Positions 36,127 to 43,912 of a stretch of DNA of 64,000 bases are shown piece by piece (the stretch's first letter is position 1; the number at the start of each line of letters is the position of its first letter). The position numbers were made by a program, and so were the translations under genes. Source of the DNA: Bacillales bacterium UBA4951 (GTDB lineage Bacteria > Bacillota_I > Bacilli_A > RFN20 > CAG-826); the NCBI GenBank assembly GCA_002397465.1, contig DHAP01000002.1, forward strand, positions 1,509 through 65,508, written 5' to 3'. The notes beneath the pieces were generated by a model that was given only the letters and a program-made list of their open reading frames with translations, did no database searches and was not told where the DNA came from.

Positions 36127-38547
36127 TTATTTGAGCTCGACTTTGACTTCTTTCGAGCTCTTTAGGAACGGGATGACGTGGCCAACGAGTGGCGCGCCAT
36201 CGACATAGAGGGTTTTCTTGTCCTTGGTGTTGTCTATATGAATGTCATAGACGACGTTACGATATATCCGTTTGATTTGGATGTTTTTGAAGCTGTCTTT
36301 AGGAAGATGCGGTTCGATCGATAAGCCTTCGAAGGTCGGCTTGACGCCTAAGAGATACTGGCTGAGGGCCACGAAGCTCCAGGTTGCGGAGCCGCTTAGC
36401 CAGCTGTTTTTGGCCTGGCCATAGTTTTTGGCGTCTCTTCCGGCGATCATCTGAGAGTAGACGTAAGGCTCGGTGTAGTGGATGTCGGAATATTCCTCGA
36501 TATAGGCCGGGGCGTTTTTCTTGTAGAGTTCAAAGGCCTCTTTGTCTTCTCCTTCAACGGCATGGGCGATGACGACCCAGGGGTTGTTATGGTTGAAGAC
36601 GGCCCCGTTCTCTTTGTATCCAGGGGGATAGGAAGAGATCTCACCGAGTTCGAGATGATAAGTGGTGTAGCAAGGATGAAGCAGCTCAAGTCCCCAACGA
36701 TTCCCCAAGAGACGTTCGGCGCTTGATAAAGCTATATGGCCATAGCCTTCATCGTGCCCGATGCCCGCCATGACGCAGAAGCCTTGGGGCTCGATAAAGA
36801 TCTGACCTTCTTTGTTCTCATGGCTTCCGACTTTGTTTCCATATGCGTCATAAGCTCTGAGGAAGTAAGAGCCATCCCAGCCATATTTAAGGGTCGCGTC
36901 GCTCACTTCTTTGACGGCCTTTAAAGTCTCTTTTTCCTCGTCTTTCTGGCCTATGATATGCATTATCTCCGCATATTCCTTACCATATTTGACGAACATT
37001 CCGGCGATGAAGATGCTTTCGGCGATGCCGGTTTCTTTGTTAGCGGTCGTCTGGAAACTCTCGCCTGGAGTGGATGAAAAACAGTTGAGATTCAGGCAAT
37101 CGTTCCAGTCCGCTCTTCCAATAAGCGGAAGCCCATGCGGACCCCGATGGGAGATGGTGAAGTGAATCGATGCCTTAAGATGCTCTTTGAGCGGCTTCTC
37201 GCTGCCCTTAAGACTATCAAACGGGACTGGCTCATTGAGAATGTCGAAGTCACCCGTTTCTTTTAAATAGGCTGAAGTGGCCGCGACGAGCCATAATGGG
37301 TCGTCATTGAAGCCTGAGCCGATGCCGGAGTTGCCTTTCTTGGTGAGAGGCTGATATTGGTGATAGGTCGAGCCGTCTTCTTTCTGAATGGAGGCGATGT
37401 CCAATATCCTCTCTCTGGCTTTCGAAGGGATCAGGTGGACGAAGCCAAGCAAATCCTGGCAGGAGTCACGGAAGCCCATGCCCCTTCCGATGCCTGATTC
37501 ATAGTAAGAGGCGCTGCGGGACATCATGTAGGTGACCATGCACTGGTATTGGTTCCAGATGTTGGCCATCCTGTCGAGTTTTTCGTCTCCGCTGTCGACA
37601 TGGAATATCGAGAGTAAATCGTCCCAGTGTTTCTTTATTTCACTAAGGGCCTTCTCGACTTTCTCGGCATTGTTGAATTTGGCGATCAGCTTCTCAGCCG
37701 GCGCTTTGTTGATGACGTTCAAAGAGACAAATTTTTCTTCTGGGTCAACCTCACAGTATCCGAGGATGAAGATTATCTTCTTGCTCTCGCCTGGCTTAAG
37801 GGAGACGTCAAGCTGATGGGCAGCGATTGGATGCCAGCCTGAGGCCACATAATCGCCAAGATTACCCTTAGTGATTTCCTCAGGGGACTCATAACCATTG
37901 AAGCGTCCTAAAAAGTGGTCGCGGTCACTCTCGAAATGAGAGCAATGCTCATTTACGTAATAGAAGGCGTAGTGGTTTCTTCTTTCGCGGTATTCGCTCT
38001 TGTGATAGATGATTCCGTCATAGCATTCGACTTCGCCGGTCGAGAGGTTCCTTTGGAAGTTTTCGCCATCGTCGCTGGCGTTCCATAGGCACCATTCAAT
38101 TTGAGAAAAAACGTTTAAGTTGCGTACTTTGTTCGAATAATTGTGAATTTCCATTTCTTGGATCTCACAACTCTCTTTGAGAGGGACGAAACAAGTGATT
38201 CTGCAATCGATTTCGTTCTTCTTTCCCTCAAAGATCGAATAGCCTAAGCCATGACGGCATTCATAAGAGTCCAATGGGGTTTTGGCAGGCAAGAATGTCG
38301 GGCTCCAGATCAAGGAGCCTTCTTTTATATAGACGTGCCTCCCATCCATGTCATTCGGCACATCGTTATAACGATATCTGGTGATGCGGCGGAGTTTTGC
38401 GTCCTTATAAAAACTGTAGCCTCCGCAGGTGTTGCTTATAAGAGAGAAGAAGTCTTGATCGCCAAGGTAGTTAATCCACGGAGAAGGAGTGGCAGGGGTG
38501 CTAATGACATATTCCTTGTTTTTGTCATCGAAGTGTCCGTATTTCAT
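36127..38547 (-). CDS. GH94 cellobiose/chitobiose-type phosphorylase
   Basis: 806 aa. N-terminus MKYGHFDDKNKEYVISTPATPSPWINYLG and catalytic block GRADWNDCLN are typical of cellobiose phosphorylases. Confidence 0.9.
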   Translation of the reverse strand: MKYGHFDDKNKEYVISTPATPSPWINYLGDQDFFSLISNTCGGYSFYKDAKLRRITRYRYNDVPNDMDGRHVYIKEGSLIWSPTFLPAKTPLDSYECRHGLGYSIFEGKKNEIDCRITCFVPLKESCEIQEMEIHNYSNKVRNLNVFSQIEWCLWNASDDGENFQRNLSTGEVECYDGIIYHKSEYRERRNHYAFYYVNEHCSHFESDRDHFLGRFNGYESPEEITKGNLGDYVASGWHPIAAHQLDVSLKPGESKKIIFILGYCEVDPEEKFVSLNVINKAPAEKLIAKFNNAEKVEKALSEIKKHWDDLLSIFHVDSGDEKLDRMANIWNQYQCMVTYMMSRSASYYESGIGRGMGFRDSCQDLLGFVHLIPSKARERILDIASIQKEDGSTYHQYQPLTKKGNSGIGSGFNDDPLWLVAATSAYLKETGDFDILNEPVPFDSLKGSEKPLKEHLKASIHFTISHRGPHGLPLIGRADWNDCLNLNCFSSTPGESFQTTANKETGIAESIFIAGMFVKYGKEYAEIMHIIGQKDEEKETLKAVKEVSDATLKYGWDGSYFLRAYDAYGNKVGSHENKEGQIFIEPQGFCVMAGIGHDEGYGHIALSSAERLLGNRWGLELLHPCYTTYHLELGEISSYPPGYKENGAVFNHNNPWVVIAHAVEGEDKEAFELYKKNAPAYIEEYSDIHYTEPYVYSQMIAGRDAKNYGQAKNSWLSGSATWSFVALSQYLLGVKPTFEGLSIEPHLPKDSFKNIQIKRIYRNVVYDIHIDNTKDKKTLYVDGAPLVGHVIPFLKSSKEVKVELK

Positions 38548-38620
38548 CTTTCTCCTCCTACGCGTGTAACGCGCATTGTTTATATCTTAATATGCGTAGA
38601 AACGTTCGATGAAACCTTTA

Positions 38621-38634
38621 CTAAAACGATTTCG
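38621..38634. promoter_or_regulatory. LacI-family operator candidate upstream of the GH94 gene
   Basis: CTAAAACGATTTCG is a near copy of the 38810 site. It lies 75-87 nt upstream of the GH94 ATG. Confidence 0.4.
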
Positions 38635-38809
38635 CCGACTGACATCATTTTAGGCAAATAAACACCAAAAACAACTGGTGCAAAAATTTTTGGAAGCGAA
38701 AAAAGCACGAAACATTCATAGGGGGTCGGCGAAAAGGTGATTTCGCAAAAAAGTAAGGGCTTACATTTCCCTCTTGACGGGGCTTTTTTTCTTTCATACC
38801 ATAATTACG

Positions 38810-38823
38810 CGAAAACGATTTCG
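38810..38823. promoter_or_regulatory. LacI-family operator candidate at the lacI-ABC promoter
   Basis: CGAAAACGATTTCG is a 14-bp near-palindrome with a cre/LacI-like AANCGNTT core. It lies just downstream of TTGACG (38774), 17 nt, TACCAT. Confidence 0.45.
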
Positions 38824-38839
38824 TCAATTGGAGGCTCAG

Positions 38840-39862
38840 ATGGCACGTATTTGCGACATCGCTCAAAAATGTGGTCTTAGCAACGCAACCGTTTCTAAGG
38901 CTCTTAATGGTTCACACGAGATACCCGAGTGCACCGTTGCGCGTGTTAAGCAAGCCGCCATTGAGCTTGGATATGTTCCTAATGCGAATGCCCGCTCCTT
39001 AAAAATGAGAAGGAGCTTTACCATCGGCGTTCTCTTTGTCGATCAGACAGCCTGTGGCTTAACCCATGAATATTTCTCTTCCATATTGAACGCCGTCAAA
39101 GTCGAGGCCGAAAGAAGGGGATATGACATCACCTTCATCGCCAGCGACACCTTCGGCGGCAAAAAGCTTACTTATGTCGAACACGCGAGAAGCCGTTCGA
39201 TCGATGGCGTCGTCATCGCCTCGGTCGATTTCACCTCGCCTTCCGTCATCGAGCTTGTCAATTCTGGCATCCCCGTCGTCACCATCGATTATGTCTATAA
39301 CGGATGCACAGCCATTCTCTCCGATAACGAGATAGGGGTGGCCACCGAGGTCGAATACGCCTACAAGATGGGACATCGTAAGATTGCCTTCATCCACGGC
39401 GAAGACACCGACGTCACCAAAAAGCGCATGGCTGGATTCAGCCGCGTCTGCAACAAACTCGGACTTAACGTTCCGCCAGAATACATCAAATCAGCCATCT
39501 ATCACGATCCCGCGAGCGTCGGCAAATCATTGAATGAGGTTGAGAAGCTTAGCGACAGGCCAACCTGCATCATCTTCCCGGATGATGTCTCAGCCTTGGC
39601 ATCCATCGTCTCCTCAAGACTCACCGACAGCGAGCTGAACAAAGTCTCGATCGCTGGATACGATGGCATCTCCTTAAGCAGGATGCTGAACCCGGTTCTT
39701 ACCACGTATTGCCAGGATAGCGAGATGATCGGAAGCCTTGCCGCTTCAAAACTGATCGAACGAATCGAACACCCTGAGACCTTCGTCCCAGAGCAGATCT
39801 CCGTCAAAGGCCACCTTCAAGAGGGTGGCACCATCAAGCCATTCACAGGGCTCGATAAATAA
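38840..39862 (+). CDS. LacI-family transcriptional regulator
   Basis: Start at ATG 38840 after GGAGG. HTH MARICDIAQKCGLSNATVSKALNG plus a periplasmic-binding-like sugar domain. Confidence 0.85.
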   Translation: MARICDIAQKCGLSNATVSKALNGSHEIPECTVARVKQAAIELGYVPNANARSLKMRRSFTIGVLFVDQTACGLTHEYFSSILNAVKVEAERRGYDITFIASDTFGGKKLTYVEHARSRSIDGVVIASVDFTSPSVIELVNSGIPVVTIDYVYNGCTAILSDNEIGVATEVEYAYKMGHRKIAFIHGEDTDVTKKRMAGFSRVCNKLGLNVPPEYIKSAIYHDPASVGKSLNEVEKLSDRPTCIIFPDDVSALASIVSSRLTDSELNKVSIAGYDGISLSRMLNPVLTTYCQDSEMIGSLAASKLIERIEHPETFVPEQISVKGHLQEGGTIKPFTGLDK

Positions 39863-39937
39863 TTAGGCTATTACCGCTTTGTAGGGGCGGTTTAGGCAAT
39901 AAATGAGCACAACATTGAAAGGAGGATTCAAAAATCT

Positions 39938-41404
39938 ATGAAAAAATCAATGTTAGCTATCTCTGCACTTGCCGCAACCAGTCTCTTGGCGTTAGCTGGC
40001 TGTGACGGGGCATCCAATTCAGGAAGCGGCACCGTCTGCTCCGAGGACACTGGAAAAGTCCTCAACATCGCTTGCTGGAACAACGAGTTCCAAAGCCGTT
40101 TCGAAAACTTCTACCCTGACTATGTCAAAACAGTCAAGGAAGGAACCGAAAGCTACGATCTCTTAAGAGACGGAACCAAAGTCTACTTCAAAATCACGCC
40201 GAACGATGGCAATGGTTATCAGACCAAACTCGACACTGACCTCAAGGCTCAGGATTCCGCATCCGCCGATGATAAGATCGACATGTTCCTCATCGAGGCC
40301 GACTACGCCACCAAATACACCGCGACCGATTACACGCTCGACGTCAAAAACGACATCGGCTTGACCGATCAAGACCTCTCCGAGATGTATCAGTACACCA
40401 AAGACATCGTCACTTATGATGGCAAACTCAAGGCCGTCAGCTGGCAGGCCACCCCGGGGCTTTATGCCTATAGACGTGACTTAGCCAAGAAGATTTGGGG
40501 CTTCGACGATCCGGACAAAGTCCAGGACAAGCTCTCAACCTGGGACAAGTTCAACAGCGTCGCCGCAACAGCCAAAGAAAAGAACATCAAAATGCTCTCT
40601 GGCTTCGATGATGCCTACCGTGTCTATTCCAACAACATGGCTTCCCCATGGGTCACCAACAAAGTCGTCCATCTCGACGATCAGATCAAGAGCTGGATCA
40701 AGGCCACCAAGAGCTACACCGACAGCGGCTACAACGACAAGACATCCCTTTGGGATTCGCAATGGCAACAAAATCAGGGCCCGACTGGTGCGAGCAAGGA
40801 AGTCACCTCTGATGGCGAGACTTCAACCGTCACCGGCCACTCGGTCTTAGGATTCTTCTACAGCACCTGGGGCATCAACTTCACCCTCGCTGGCAACGCC
40901 GACCCGAAGAATTTGGGCTACACCGGCGATCCATCGACCTCCCTATATGGTGAATACGCCGTCTGCAAAGGACCGGCTTCGTGGTATTGGGGCGGCAGCT
41001 GGCTCTGCGCGGCCAAAGGAACCGACAACAAGAACCTCGTCAACAAGATCATGTACACCATGACCTGCAACGCTCCTGTTTCCAATTCCATCACCCGTAT
41101 CACCCAGGACTACACCAACAATAAGTCGGCCATGGAAGCCATCGGCTCCGATACTTCATTCGGCAGCGCCTTTCTCGGCGGACAGAACCACATCGCTCTC
41201 TTCACCAGCGCGGCTGGCAACATCAGCATGAAGAACGCCTGCGCTTATGACCAAGGCTGCAACGAGAAGATCCAGAATGCCATGAAGGACTACTTCCTTG
41301 GCACTTCCGATCTAGCTGCCGCCATCTCCAACTTCAAGACCAAGCTCGGCGAGACCTATAACGACCTCACCTTTGATTCCTCTTGGAATATCACTACTTT
41401 ATAA
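39938..41404 (+). CDS. sugar ABC transporter substrate-binding lipoprotein
   Basis: 488 aa with lipobox LALAGC. Followed by two MalFG-type permease genes. Confidence 0.8.
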   Translation: MKKSMLAISALAATSLLALAGCDGASNSGSGTVCSEDTGKVLNIACWNNEFQSRFENFYPDYVKTVKEGTESYDLLRDGTKVYFKITPNDGNGYQTKLDTDLKAQDSASADDKIDMFLIEADYATKYTATDYTLDVKNDIGLTDQDLSEMYQYTKDIVTYDGKLKAVSWQATPGLYAYRRDLAKKIWGFDDPDKVQDKLSTWDKFNSVAATAKEKNIKMLSGFDDAYRVYSNNMASPWVTNKVVHLDDQIKSWIKATKSYTDSGYNDKTSLWDSQWQQNQGPTGASKEVTSDGETSTVTGHSVLGFFYSTWGINFTLAGNADPKNLGYTGDPSTSLYGEYAVCKGPASWYWGGSWLCAAKGTDNKNLVNKIMYTMTCNAPVSNSITRITQDYTNNKSAMEAIGSDTSFGSAFLGGQNHIALFTSAAGNISMKNACAYDQGCNEKIQNAMKDYFLGTSDLAAAISNFKTKLGETYNDLTFDSSWNITTL

Positions 41405-41470
41405 ACGAGTAGCTCGGCTCGGGTGGCTGCCAAAAACAGCCACCCTAGCTTATTTTGGGGGACAAGAACC

Positions 41471-42556
41471 ATGGAAAGATCACTTCGTCAAAAGACTAAG
41501 AAAAAGCACATCTCCTACAGCAAATGGGGATATATCTTTCTTATTCCTTTCTTCGTCGCGTTCATTCTCTTCCAGCTCATCCCTTTGGCGGAGACCTTCT
41601 GGTATTCCTTCACCAAGTACTATGATGACATGCTTACGACAGTTGGTCCGAGCTGGTGCGGGTTTGAGAACTATTCCTGGCTCTTCGGGACCAAGACGAT
41701 CCGCCCGTTGTCCTTCTTTGGCATCAGCATGGGCAACGTTGAGATGAATGACTTATGCTACTACGCCCTCAACACGCTCATCATTTGGCTGATCGGTTTC
41801 ATTCCGCAGATCATCGTTTCCTTGTTATTAGCCATCTGGTTCACGGACATCCGTCTCAACATCCGTCTACAAGGCTTCTGGAAGACCGTCATCTATATGC
41901 CTAACCTCATTATGGCAGCGGCCTTGGGCATGTTGTTCTTCATGATATTCGCAAGGTCAGGCCCAATCATGAACACCTTAGTCAGTTGGGGCTGGCTCTC
42001 GGAGGGCTATGACGTTCTCACGAGCAGCACTTGGACGAGAATCATCATCGCCTTCATGAACTTCCTGATGTGGTTTGGCAACACGACCTTGCTACTTATG
42101 GCCGGCGTCATGGGCATCGATGGATCCGTCTATGAGTCCGCCATGCTTGATGGGGCCAGCAGTGGAGTCATCTTCAGAAAGATCACGATGCCGTTGCTCC
42201 GTCCGATCTTCATATATGTCGTCATCACTTCCATGATCGGTGGCATTCAGCTATTCGATATCCCTCAGATTTTCACCCAGGGTTCCGGAGGCGTCAATTC
42301 CTCCAGCTACACCCTCATGATGTATCTCTATAACCTCATCAGGGTCAAACAGAACTATGGACAAGCCGGCGCTTTGAGCGTCCTCATGTTCCTAGTCACC
42401 GCGGCTTTGTCCATGACGGTCTACAAGATCACCAATCCGAAGCTCAATCCGGAGCGAGAGATGCTCAAAGCCCAAAAGAAACGCTTCAAGGAATACAAAG
42501 ATTCCGAAGCCACGATCGAAGAGATGAAGAACTCCGTCTCTTTAGGAGGCAAATGA
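41471..42556 (+). CDS. sugar ABC transporter permease (MalF/UgpA-like)
   Basis: Start at ATG 41471 (MERSLRQK) after GGGGGA. Six TM. EAA-loop region ESAMLDGASSGVIFRKITMPLLRP. Confidence 0.85.
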   Translation: MERSLRQKTKKKHISYSKWGYIFLIPFFVAFILFQLIPLAETFWYSFTKYYDDMLTTVGPSWCGFENYSWLFGTKTIRPLSFFGISMGNVEMNDLCYYALNTLIIWLIGFIPQIIVSLLLAIWFTDIRLNIRLQGFWKTVIYMPNLIMAAALGMLFFMIFARSGPIMNTLVSWGWLSEGYDVLTSSTWTRIIIAFMNFLMWFGNTTLLLMAGVMGIDGSVYESAMLDGASSGVIFRKITMPLLRPIFIYVVITSMIGGIQLFDIPQIFTQGSGGVNSSSYTLMMYLYNLIRVKQNYGQAGALSVLMFLVTAALSMTVYKITNPKLNPEREMLKAQKKRFKEYKDSEATIEEMKNSVSLGGK

Positions 42557-42557
42557 T

Positions 42558-43439
42558 ATGGCAACCTATGCGCTTCCAAAGAAGATAACCAAAAGCTACA
42601 AGGCCCAGCTTATCGTCCGCCGGGTCCTCGTCTATGCCGTTTTGATCCTCTTGTCCTTCCTTTGCATCTTCCCTCTATACACCCTCATCGTCAACATGAC
42701 GAGAAGCCATGGCGACATTTCCGCGAATGGTTTCAGTTTCTGGTTCGGGAACAATTTGGCCGCGAACTGGGATCTCGTCTTCAACAACGCCCACCTTCCG
42801 GTGGCCACAGCCTTGGTCAATTCAATCATCGTCTCGACCTTATCCTCAATCATCGCCGTCTATTTCTCCACTCTGACGGCCTTCTCGTTCAACGTCTATA
42901 ACTTCAAAGGCAAGAGTTTCCTCTTCACGTTCGTCTTGCTCATCATGATGATTCCGACCCAGGTCTCGGCTTTGGGCTTCGTAAGACTCATGAACTCCTG
43001 GCACGCGACAAACCAGCTATGGCCTCTCATCATCCCGAACATCTGCGCACCGGTCGTCTTCTTCTACATCAACCAGTACATGCAAGCCAATCTTCCTTAT
43101 GAGCTGATTGAGGCTTCAAGGGTCGACGGCAGTTCCGAGGTTGGCATCTTCCATAAGATCGTCATCCCTCTTATGAAACCCGCGATTGCGGTACAGTTCA
43201 TCTTCACCTTCGTCTCTTCTTGGAACAACTACTTCGTGCCTGCCCTTCTTATCGACAAGGACAGCGTCAAGACGTTGCCGCTGGTCATCGCGACCATCAA
43301 GGCCAGCGACCCTTCGACCTTCAACCTTGGGCAGGTCTATTGCTTGATAGGCGTGTCGATCATCCCGCTTATCATCGTCTATCTGATCTTCTCGAGATTC
43401 ATCATCAAAGGAATGACGGAAGGCGCGGTCAAAGGCTAG
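42558..43439 (+). CDS. sugar ABC transporter permease (MalG/UgpE-like)
   Basis: 293 aa with EAA-loop EASRVDGSSEVGIFHKIVIPLMKP. Confidence 0.9.
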   Translation: MATYALPKKITKSYKAQLIVRRVLVYAVLILLSFLCIFPLYTLIVNMTRSHGDISANGFSFWFGNNLAANWDLVFNNAHLPVATALVNSIIVSTLSSIIAVYFSTLTAFSFNVYNFKGKSFLFTFVLLIMMIPTQVSALGFVRLMNSWHATNQLWPLIIPNICAPVVFFYINQYMQANLPYELIEASRVDGSSEVGIFHKIVIPLMKPAIAVQFIFTFVSSWNNYFVPALLIDKDSVKTLPLVIATIKASDPSTFNLGQVYCLIGVSIIPLIIVYLIFSRFIIKGMTEGAVKG

Positions 43440-43456
43440 AAATCGTTTGATCGAAA

Positions 43457-43497
43457 GACAGGCTCAAATTACCTCCGGGCCTGTCTTTTTCTTTTTC
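43457..43497 (+). terminator. intrinsic terminator after the ABC operon
   Basis: GACAGGC (43457-43463) pairs with GCCTGTC (43479-43485), followed by TTTTTCTTTTTC. Confidence 0.75.
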
Positions 43498-43532
43498 TGA
43501 AAAAGCTGGAAACGCTTTCATGGGCGATACCC

Positions 43533-43561
43533 TTGTCACTTCATGAAAAGAACACTAGTAT
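43533..43561 (+). promoter_or_regulatory. sigma-A-like promoter for the small ORF
   Basis: TTGTCA (43533-43538), 17 nt, then TAGTAT (43556-43561). Confidence 0.4.
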
Positions 43562-43610
43562 GTACGACCGCTTCGAAAGAGGCGGAAAACACACTAGGAG
43601 GTAAAACGTG

Positions 43611-43763
43611 ATGAAAAGTTATGAAAACGACATCCGTAGCGCTAGCTTAAGCGCCACGATAGACGAACTTATGACCGATCGTTCTGAGACTGCCAGTGAG
43701 AGACTTGCCGATGGCATGGTGCTCTCATACATCGATGGCATAATGTCCGGAAACGCTCAATAA
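43611..43763 (+). CDS. small acidic protein, 50 aa, unknown function (below the ORF-track length cutoff)
   Basis: Read directly from the sequence: AGGAGG, 8 nt, then ATG. Translation: MKSYENDIRSASLSATIDELMTDRSETASERLADGMVLSYIDGIMSGNAQ. Flanked by its own promoter and terminator. Confidence 0.4.
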   Translation: MKSYENDIRSASLSATIDELMTDRSETASERLADGMVLSYIDGIMSGNAQ

Positions 43764-43778
43764 GCTGTCTAAAGAATT

Positions 43779-43806
43779 GACCCGAGTAAAATCGGGTCTT
43801 TTTTCT
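43779..43806 (+). terminator. intrinsic terminator after the small ORF
   Basis: GACCCGA (43779-43785) pairs with TCGGGTC (43792-43798), followed by TTTTTTCTT. Confidence 0.75.
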
Positions 43807-43912
43807 TACCTTTTATCGACACTTTAATGATGGCTTATTGTATAATTATCCCATCTATATGGGGCAACGCTCCTTTGTAGGATATAGATCTAATTTTCAA
43901 GGTGGAATGAAA

